A stretch of DNA of 64,000 nucleotides from assembly GCA_951406725.2 (NCBI GenBank), contig OX597825.1:74524001-74588000 (forward strand). The letters run 5' to 3'. Of this stretch, positions 53,950-64,000 are shown piece by piece. This stretch comes from Octopus vulgaris. Its lineage: Eukaryota. Both the position numbers and the translations under genes were made by a program. The stretch's first letter is position 1. Every line of letters starts with the position of its first letter. The notes under the pieces were generated by a model. It made no database searches. It worked only from the letters and a program-made list of their open reading frames with translations, and was not told where the DNA came from.

Positions 53950-54810
53950 TAGAGATAAGCTTGAAGCAGGTGGAATTGTTTGGTATGTCCACAAGAAAAG
54001 TTCCGGAACACCAAAGACATCGACAAGATTCAGAAACTAAGGAATAGTACTAGAAAGGAACTAGGAACTGTCATTTTTCAAGAATCTGTGTACGACAAGC
54101 GAGTCATAATTTTCAAAATCAAATATCCATTGCATTTTGAACCGCTATCATTATAAAAAGTTATATTCTAAGTGTAGTCCGTGCTCTAAATGAGGACGGT
54201 GCGTACCAAAGAAGTTTTGCGAGTATTACTTCGCAAGATGTGTAGAAAATGCATATTTTCCGACAAAAATTGCCTGATGCGATTAGGCTAAATTTTATTT
54301 GGATGTCTCACTTAGCCGCCACAATTCTACCTAATCTGCATATTACGGAGGAATATCGGGTTAATTTACCAGGAGTTACAGTGTGGTGCAACTCTTCGTA
54401 AAAAATATTAACTGTCCTATTGACTTGAACGAGCTGCAGCAACCTGTCACGCCAAATATTGAAGAGAACTCTGAAGATGTGGAGTTTATTTCTGGGAAGA
54501 TGGAGTATCTCCACACTACAAAAGCACTGTAAGAGTCTACCTTGAAGCGGGAATGAACACCGCTGTACTCTTTCACTACAACTTTCTCTCAATCTTTCTT
54601 CTTATTTCTGCCACAAAGCAGACAAACTATGTTGTAACCCACTATGGTGTGGTAAACTTTCAGACCCTAGTCTAGATTGCGAATCCTCTGTACCCCGGGA
54701 TGGTTCAGCTCTCCACCCATTATAAGCCACCGTTTACGGAATGAGGATAACAACGTAGCTTTCGCGCCCGTGCAACCGCCAGTCTATCGCGTGTGGTCGC
54801 CACACGCATT
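53950..54810 (-). pseudogene. possible degraded gypsy gag/protease remnant
   Basis: TGGCGACC PBS-like motif near 54800 (-), then fragments VYHTIVG, VAEIR and LFNIWRDRLLQLVQ in gag order. Weak. Confidence 0.3.
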
Positions 54811-54854
54811 CTTAGTAGCTTAGAGTAGGCTCGAAATAGAGATTATTCTTTATG

Positions 54855-55160
54855 GAAGAAGAAGAAGAAGAAGAAGAAGAAGAAGAAGAAGAAGAAGAAG
54901 AAGAAGAAGAAGAAGAAGAAGAAGAAGAAGAAGGAGGAGGAGGAGAAGAAGAAGAAGAAGAAGAAGAAGAAGAAGGAGAAGAAGAAGAAGAAGAAGAAGA
55001 AGAAGAAGAAGAAGAAGAAGAAATAAAGAGGGCACTGCAGCTAAAGAAGAAGAAGGAGGAGGACGAGAAGAAGAAGAAGAAGAAGAAGAAGAAGAAGAAG
55101 AAGAAGAAGAAGAAGAAGAAGAAGAAGAAGAAGAAGAAGAAGAAGAAGAAGAAGAAGAAA
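54855..55160. repeat. (GAA)n array
   Basis: Seen directly. Source of the spurious poly-E/poly-K ORFs. Confidence 0.95.
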
Positions 55161-55775
55161 GAGCAGCTATTGAACGAGAATGCGGACAGATACTGAACGA
55201 AATGTTTTTTTGCTGTTCATTGTTCGCAGTTCCTCGAAGAAGAATGATCATCAGTCTTAAAACATGCGTTCATAAAAAATTTAAATTCTGTCTGTAGATT
55301 CTATTAAATATTGAAACTCTAATGTGTTTAAGTAAACACTGACTATTTAATTATTCAATGCGTGGAAAACCTATATTGGGAAAACCTATATGTATATGTC
55401 TATATATATATATATACGTGTGTGTGTGTGTGTGTGTGTGTTTGTGTGTGTATATATTTATATATATATATATATGTATGTATATATATATATATACGTA
55501 TATATATATATATGTATATGTATATAATGTACATATATGTATATATGTATATGTATGTATATATATATACACACATGCACACATACATGCATACATACAT
55601 ACATACATACATACATACATACATACATACATACATAGACATACATATGTGTGTGTGTGTGTGTGTGTAGTCAATCCAATCATGAACAAGCAAGAAGAAA
55701 CAACAACGCGAGGACGTGGAATAAGTACAGTGTTATTGGCCGTTCAAGAAAGGAAAGAAAAGAAAGGAAAAACGC

Positions 55776-57185
55776 ATTAAATACTACAAAACGTACATAG
55801 GACAGACACATAAGGGGCGTAATTCTTCATCAGTTGTCGACCGAAAAAATACTAATACCCAGTTTCGTGTCTTTAACGATAAGACTGAGAACTTCGTATA
55901 TCGGCCGCCCCCACAAGATTTTCGTAGAACTAGGGCTCGAGCATACTAGACAATACTGTGTGGACGTACGGAAGTAAACAAATGTAATTTGAAACGATAG
56001 ACGAAGACAATAAATAAAGCTTTTTGTTCAAAAAACGAGAATGATGGGTAACGCCTGGAAGAAATCCTCAAGTGAATATAAACTAGAGAATCAATTAGAA
56101 TGGGAGAAAAATTTGACTGGCATGTTAGTTGTCCGGTGGCGAAAAGGCAGAGATGGGAAAATTAGTCAGGGGTTACGTTATGAAGGCGCATGGCTCAGTG
56201 GTTAGAGCGTCGAGCTTACGATCGTGAGGTTGTGAGCTCGAATCCCGGACCGGGTTGCGTGTTGTGTTCTTGAGCAAGGCACTTTATTTCACGTTGCTCC
56301 AGTTCACTCAGCTGCAGAAATGAGTTGCGACGTCACTGGTGCCAAGTTGTATCGACCTTTGTCTTTCCCTTGGATAACACTGGTGGCGTGGAGAGGGAAG
56401 GCTGGTATGCATGGGCGACTGCTGGTCTTCCATAAAACAACCTTGCCCGGACTTGTGTCTAGGAGGGTAACTTTCTAGGTGCAATCCCATGGTCATTCAT
56501 TTACCTTTTACATGTGGGCAGTTGGTGGAAGGGAAGGAGAATGAGAGAGAGGGAGAGAGTGCGGCAGAAAGAGAGAGAGAGAGAGAGAGTTCGGCACAGA
56601 GAGAGAGAGAGAGAGAGAGAGTTACTGCAGAGAGAGAGTTACTGCAGAGAGAGAGAGGACAGGGAAAGGAAGAGAGAAAGTCTACAATTGTGAGAAGACG
56701 AGAGAGGGGGAAGGGGAAGTAGGAATGCTAGAAAAGGAATATTAGGACGAGCGACAAAGAAAGAAAAAAAGAAAAAAACAAAGAAAGAGTCACAAAAAAA
56801 TATGTAAAAACTTCCTGTTAACAAACGTTGGTATGCGTGGCGTTCAGTTACTTAATAAATGAAAACTCCATTAAATACTATAAAACGTACACGTACGACA
56901 GACACAGAAGGACCCGAATTCTTTATCAGTTATTGACCCAAAGATACTAATAATAATTTTCATGCTTTTAACGATCAGACTGACAATTTCGTATATCGGC
57001 GGCCCCCGCAAGATTCGCGAAGGATTAGGGCTTGAGCATACAAGACAATACAGGGTAGACGTACGTAAGTAAATAAATGTAACTTGAAACGATAGGCGAA
57101 GTTAATAAATAAAGCCTTTCGGCAAAACACGAGAATGATGGGAAACGCCTGGAAGAAATCCTCAAGTGGATTTAAAACTAGAGAA
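55776..57185. repeat. diverged ~320-bp direct repeats (55776-56100, 56869-57185)
   Basis: CATTAAATACTA(C/T)AAAACGTAC...AACGCCTGGAAGAAATCCTCAAGTG...ACTAGAGAAT occurs in both copies. Confidence 0.85.
56183..56500 (+). mobile_element. tRNA-derived SINE family B, full length
   Basis: GGCGCATGGCTCAGTGGTTAGAGCG (A-box) ... GAGCTCGAATCCCGG (B-box), core GTGTTCTTGAGCAAGGCACTTTA. Homologous to 62840-63147. Confidence 0.88.
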
Positions 57186-57800
57186 TAAGTAAAAGAGGAG
57201 AAAAGTGCACATAGGAAAGTTATCATTGAAGAAAGGATGGAATGTTCATATCTGTATATAGGATTCCTGATGTTAGGGGGGAAACGAGATAAAAAGAATA
57301 AGAGAAAACGAAAAGAAAGAAGATGAATGGAGTCAAAAGAAAGGCAAAGGAAGGATACGTTTCTTTTTATAGCAAGGAATAGAGGGCGGGAGGGTGTTTG
57401 TAAGAATGGTCAAAGAATTCAAAGAAAAACTTCAATAGAAAATATAGCAGATAGGGAAATGAATTAACTTTGGATTTGTGACATTAAAAAGTCGAAAAAG
57501 ACAAATGAATAAAGGAAGAGACGTGGCAATAAAAATGATGATATGAACAAAGCAAACGAAATCTTCGTAGTGAGGGAGCTTATTTAGAGGAATGGTCAGT
57601 AGTTCAAAGGTAAGTGGTGGTAATTGCTGTGTTAGCGTTAGGTAAACCCAAATGGGAATATTGGTAGGGATGTAAAACATGAAAGAAAGAAATAAAATTA
57701 ATATTGAAAACGTTGGAAAAGATGTTGAACAAATACTGAAAAACATATTGAAATTGTTAACGGTATTCAAAAGTTAAAATTATAAGAACTTTTGGGAAAT

Positions 57801-58029
57801 ACTCTCTTTATTCTTTTACTCTTTTACTTGTTTCAGTCATTGGACTGCGGCCATGCTGGAGCACCGCCTTAAATCGAGCAACTCGACCCCGGGACTTATT
57901 CTTTTGTAAGCCCAGTACTTATTCTATCGGTCTCCTTTGCCGAACTGCTAAGAAACGGGGACATAAACACACCAGCATCGGTTGTCAAGCAATGCTAGGG
58001 AGACAATCACAGACACACAAATACACACA

Positions 58030-58079
<50 letters not shown>

Positions 58080-58243
58080 TACGACGGGCTTCTTTCAGTT
58101 TCCGTCTACCAAATCCACTCACAACGCTTTGGTCGGCCCGAGGCTATAGCAGAAGACACTTGCCCAAGGTGCCACGCAGTGGGACTGGACCCGGAACCTT
58201 GTGGTTGGTAAACAAGCTACTTACCACACAGCCACTCCTGTGC
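57801..58243 (-). mobile_element. SINE family A, full length
   Basis: Family consensus. Possible GGAAAT TSD. Confidence 0.9.
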
Positions 58244-58662
58244 GGAAATGTGTAAAGAATTACAAGAATTGTAAAAAAGAATAAAAGTCGAATATGAGAG
58301 ATAAAAGTCGAGAAAGATATGAGAAGAGGGCGTTCAAAGCTGAAAACTAAATATGTTTGGGTGAATGGGTGGATAGGTTATTGATTGAGTCGATGAATTA
58401 TGATGGGAATGAAATCGGTGAAGAAGCTATGTTGAAAGTGCCAAATGTTCGAACGAAGAATACTGCGGTTGTTGGTCGTAACTGTTATTTTGAGGTCGAA
58501 CTGTTTGAAATTAGTAGTGACTTTCTTAGGTTATCCCTGTCGTGACTACTATCAGGTTTTAAAAAAATAAGTGCGGGGGTCGTTACATTCGGCGAAAAGT
58601 TCTTCAAGTCTGTGTTCCAGCATAGCTACAGTCTAATGACTGAAACGAGTGAAAGATAAGAT

Positions 58663-58734
<72 letters not shown>

Positions 58735-58758
58735 ACACACACACATATTTATATATAT

Positions 58759-58980
58759 TCTTTTATTGTTTTATTTATGTCAGTCATTTGACTGGGGCCA
58801 TACTGGTGCACCACCTTTAGTCGAGCAAATCGAACCCAGGACGTATTCTTTATAAACCCAATACTTATTCTATCGGTCTCTTTTGCCAAACTGCTAAGTT
58901 ACGGGGACGTAAACACACCAGCATCGGTTGTCAAGCGATGTTGGGAGGACAAACACAGACACACAAACATATACACACAC

Positions 58981-59036
<56 letters not shown>

Positions 59037-59206
59037 TACATATATACGACGGGCTTCTTTCAGTTTCCGTCTACCAAATCCACTCACAAGGCTTCGGTCG
59101 GCCCGAGGTTATTGTAGAAGACACTTGCCCAAGGTGCCACGCAGTGGGTCTGAACCGAGAACCATGTGGTTGGTAAGCAAGCTACTTATCACACATCCAC
59201 TCCTGT
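58759..59206 (-). mobile_element. SINE family A
   Basis: Family consensus. Confidence 0.88.
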
Positions 59207-59233
59207 GTGTACATACATACATACATACATACA

Positions 59234-59267
<34 letters not shown>

Positions 59268-59443
59268 CATACATACATATGAATCTGTGATCTGCTGACT
59301 ATGAATTTACAAGGATCAATCGCATAATTAGAGTTGTCTCCCTTATTCTAAAAAAGACGGTTCTACAATTACTTTACGAACTCTGACGTAAACACACCAG
59401 CATCGGTTGTCAAGCGATGTTAGGGGGAACAAACACAGACATA

Positions 59444-59482
<39 letters not shown>

Positions 59483-59491
59483 ACACACACA

Positions 59492-60113
59492 CTAGACTAC
59501 TGGTTTTAAACTGATGTTAATTAAATTAATATTAATTTATCTCTCTCATTATTTAAATATTAAAATAAATATGTTCTCTAATAGGCAGCATTAACCGCAG
59601 TAAATTATTTGCTGCAGTTCTTCGCTTCCGGAATTTTAGCGCGCCAGAGCTAAGACATTTGAAATTATCCCTAATGTAATCGGTAAAACTAAACACGTGT
59701 CTGTTTTGGCACAGAAAGCTGGGGTTAGTTTTGCAAATTACATTACCTGTCGGAACGATCGCACTGACAAATCTACGGACAATTGGATTATATAAGTAAT
59801 TAATTTGTTAATAGAAGAAACCACCGGTCTGTGAGTAATTCTGTTTTTTTTTTTTTTTATATAATTTTCATCTGTCTTGCCCACCTAATTGTTCTGGTGT
59901 CCGCTGAATTTTCCTCTAGAAAACAATCTTTGTAGTTTGATCGTTGGTGATCTATTTCTAGCATACGGCCGACTACCTAGTGGTCTTGCACTTTGAATAT
60001 ACACATGTATTAGAATTTTCTCTGATTTTTCAGACTTTTGTATGCTAGGCTACTGGTTTTAAATTGATGTTAATTAAATTAATATTAATTTATCTCCCTC
60101 ATTATTTAAATAT
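59492..60113 (+). mobile_element. non-coding 553-bp unit plus 69-bp terminal direct repeat with internal hammerhead (retrozyme/mini-PLE-like), inserted in a SINE-A microsatellite
   Basis: 59492-59560 is nearly identical to 60045-60113. Hammerhead at 59760-59833: CGCA-CTGACAA-ATCTA...TAGAA-GAAA-CC-ACC-GG-TC-TGTG. SINE-A halves at 59385-59490 and 60120-60237. Confidence 0.75.
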
Positions 60114-61497
60114 ATATATATATATACATATGACAGGCTTCTTTCAGTTTCCGTCTACCAAATCCACTCAGAAGGCTTTGGTCGGGCCGAGGCTATAGTA
60201 GAAAACACTTGCCCAAGTAACCCACCACACAGCCACTAATTGTTCGTATTATGACTTCAATGACAAATTGGGTTACTTTGCTGTGATTTTTCTGGAGGTA
60301 GTTTTTGACGGAAATATAGCATAGTTCTTCAACCCGTACATGGACATGACAGATGGTATTTTCTATATAAGACTCATTCCATTTGCTACCCATGATTTTA
60401 TGCACTACGTCCTAACCCCGAACTATTTCAATAGAAGGTGGCTATATAAAACATCGACTTGTATAGTTTCTTATAATTCGCAATGTTTTGGCTTTAAGCT
60501 GCCAATGAAAACATTCATGTATATCAAATACTTCACATAAAGCATACTATTCGTGCGTGTGATGGGTGAGCGAGTGCGAAACTCGTAAAGAAATGTATAT
60601 ACTCACACTTACTAGAGTTCTGAGGTGTGCACCTAATTATACTTTCTCTATGTAATTCAATATACTTTACATATAATTTGTAACAATACGATATATGAAT
60701 ATATGATATATGAATGCTTGTATTTCTGTATATATATAAATATATGCGTGTGTGTTTGTATAAATGTCTCTGTATATACATAGAGTAGGTCAATTGTTGT
60801 TCCTTTTCATTGCAAAAGAAAGAACCATCTTGCCTTGGATCATTTCCAGTTCTTTCTCGTTGGTGAAACTGTTTAGAATAAGTACATCATATATCTATAT
60901 CTATATCTATATAAGGAGTAAAAGTACTGGAGAGTTAGTATATACCAAGTGGTAAAATTATGAGTTGGAAATATGTGGAAAACATATATAAAAAGTGGAA
61001 GAGAAATGCCTCCGTTTCACACAGTTTAATATCATTTTAGAAATTTTTTTCTATATATCTATACACATTTTACATGAACACACACACACGTTTAATTTGA
61101 TTTTCTAGTTATAATAATGTTCGTGAAGGTGTACCTGCATACATACATATATATAGATAGATAGATATACATACATGCATGTATACATACGTACATATTA
61201 TATGTGTGTGTGTCTGTGCATAATGTAAGATGAATACCTTTATCAATGGACACTCTTTATATACATAATGTGTGTATAAATGTGCGCATGCGTGTTTGTG
61301 AGCGTGCTTCCGTGTGTGCAATGGACTATCACAAATAAAACGAACATTAGTGAATACATGAACTCGTATGACCTTGTACGTGTCTATGTTGGTCGTTGTT
61401 CCGGACATGACTAATTCAAAGACACCACCTGGTCAGTGAATACAGTTCTTTAGCTGCAGCGCCCTTTTATTTCTTCTTCTTCTTCTTCTTCTTCTTC

Positions 61498-61539
<42 letters not shown>

Positions 61540-62299
61540 TCCTTCTCCTTCTTCTTCTTATTCTTCTCTCTTCTTCTTCTTCTTCTTCTTCTTCTTCTTC
61601 TTCTTCTCCTTCTTCTTCTTCGTCTAGGTGCAATGCGTTTTGTGTTGAATGTGTTGGAGAAATTTGCCAACATAAAATTAGAATATGCTAATATCTACGG
61701 CTTCCTTTCATCTATTCATAAAGTGATATTGGACAGAACGAGCCCAATTAATGAAAAATAATTGTTGTTGTTATTGTTGTTGCTGCAGCAATTGTTGATG
61801 ATGATGATGATTTATCACCCTGCCACTCATTCACCTCAATTCTATTCTATTTTAGCAGATTTATGTTCCAAATATTTCAGTGCAGATCATGTCTTATACT
61901 TTTCAGATATATTCTATGTCCAGTATTCTTCATTTTTTCAAGCAATAGAGTCTAGCATGTGTAAAAACTTAATGCTATTACTAGAAATCCATGCGACGGC
62001 ATGGAAGCTCCATACTTAACCTGAAAGTAAAATGGCTGCTGGCAACCGTGGTGATGTATTACGATTGTAAGAGCTCCCCACCTTGGATAATTTTTCTAAA
62101 TGTATGTTTGTATAGTCGCTGGATCGTTTAAATATTCCCCACATGCTGCAGCTAATTAAACATTTGTTTTATGTGAAATATTCCCTTAGCCTTTTATTTA
62201 TTTCTGTCATTGGACTGCAGCACCACTTAGAAGGGTTTAGTTGAACGAATCACCCCACTACTTTATCATCATCATCATCATCATCTTTATTATTGAACA

Positions 62300-62490
62300 C
62301 AGCAAGCTGTGGACGAACTGCTTAGTGTCACTTCGTGCGTCTTTACATTCTGAGTTCAAATGCCGCCGAGGTCGACTTTGTCTTTTATCCTTTTGGAGTC
62401 GATGAATTAAGTACCAGTGAAGCATTGGGTAGCTGCAATTGACTAGTTCCATCCTGCAAAATTTCAGGCCCTGTGCCTATAGTAGAAATT
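62300..62490 (+). mobile_element. diverged SINE family D followed by (ATT)/(AGT)n
   Basis: GAGTTCAAATGCCGCCGAGGTCGACTTTG...AAGTACCAGT. Confidence 0.75.
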
Positions 62491-62507
62491 ATTATTATTA
62501 TTATTAT

Positions 62508-62635
<128 letters not shown>

Positions 62636-62839
62636 AGATGGTGAGCTGGCAGAATCGTTAGCAGTTTTGAAACTCTGTCATGGTATTCAAACGCATTTTT
62701 CCTGTAAAATAATTATTGCTATATACACGGGTTTTACCATTTATTTTTTTATCGAGAATAACATAGGCATCTAAGTTTATAATGGGTTCTAATAGAACTC
62801 ACATAACTGAAAAATGACATTAAAAGCCAGTATAAAAGA

Positions 62840-63147
62840 CACCCTTCGGCCATGAATGACCATGAGATTGCACCTTGAAAGTTAACCTCCGAGGCAGAAG
62901 TTCGAGCAAGATTGTCTATGGAAGACCAGCAGCCGCCCATGCATACCAGCCTCCCCTCTCCATACATCAATGTTATCCAAGGGAAAGGCAAATACATCTT
63001 GGCATCAGTAACGACGTTGCAACTCATTTCTACAGCTAAATGAACTGGAGCAACGTGAAATAAAAACATACAGCCTGATCCGGGAATCGAACTCACAACC
63101 TCATGATTGTAATCTCGACGCTCTAGCCACTGAGCCATGAGCCTTCA
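62840..63147 (-). mobile_element. SINE family B
   Basis: The reverse complement matches 56183-56500. Confidence 0.88.
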
Positions 63148-64000
63148 CATAGTCCAGCACGGGAGTAGTTTACATTATAATTATTGAAAAAAAAAAACAG
63201 AGAACTTTAAATTTATTTCCATTTAATTTCATTTTCTTCTCTTACATGATAGAAATTGACATGAGATTCTAAAAAGGGAATGTTTAGTTCTGCTCTAGTG
63301 TATCTTTTAGATATATTATGTATTCTTGAAGTATTTTCATATTTTTTCAGATATTAATATTGTTTTCTTATTTATATAATGTGTTGATATCTTTATTATT
63401 TTCCTTTTCTGTGTTATTTTCCAAACTGCATGGTTTTAAATTCTTTGTTATTTTTAAATTTCAACATCGATATTTTGATATTATTTTCAGGCCTTTATGT
63501 TATTTTCGAATCTTTGAATTTAAATTACTTTCGATCCTCAAACCGATCCGCCAATCCACCGACCTGAACTGGTAGTTTTGTTTGTTTATTTATATCGACC
63601 CCCTAAACGATGAACGACTACCACCACCACCACCACCACCACTACCACCAAACCCCACTGTCCCACCACACTCATCTTCGTATAATTTAGTTTCAAATCA
63701 CGCTATCTCAAATCTTTATTTTATGCACAGTCAGGAAGAATTAGGTTATACTGCACAGAACCTCATAGACGATGTCCATTTTTATTGGAAACAAGAAATA
63801 CTACTCATCAATATTTACCGATCTTCAACATTCCTGTACTCCCAGCAACATTCTGAATACTATTGATCAGCAATTGATTTATCCGGCATAATAATTTTCT
63901 TTAAATGTCGATATTTGTAAGCATCCGGAACAGAAACCCATGATCCACTATGTCTTGTAACTTTGCTGCAATCCAAGTAGAGAATGTCTGCATTTGACTT

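Overview
AT-rich, microsatellite-saturated eukaryotic non-genic (intergenic or intronic) DNA. The repeat content looks like an octopus/cephalopod genome; this is inferred from tRNA-derived SINE families and (TA)n/(CA)n/(TACA)n density, not from a database search. No intact host gene is evident, and almost all listed ORFs are microsatellite or SINE noise. Supported content: four tRNA-derived SINE families; fragments of LINEs (R4/Dong x2, CR1-group, RTE, Hero-like), a Penelope GIY-YIG remnant and degraded gypsy pieces; DNA-transposon relics (mariner, hAT) and two MITEs with clear TIRs (pogo/Tc2-like, Merlin-like). Two things stand out. (1) A young 2.06-kb ORF1-only (HAL1-like) Tx1/L1-type element with a CCHC knuckle protein and a 9-bp TSD, inserted into the tRNA head of a SINE. 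(2) About ten type-I hammerhead-ribozyme motifs, mostly inside short non-coding units sitting in (TA)n arrays, with partial tandem or inverted terminal repeats. These look like several families of non-autonomous Penelope-like/retrozyme-like elements. Long palindromes and exact ~100-bp flanking duplications are also present.
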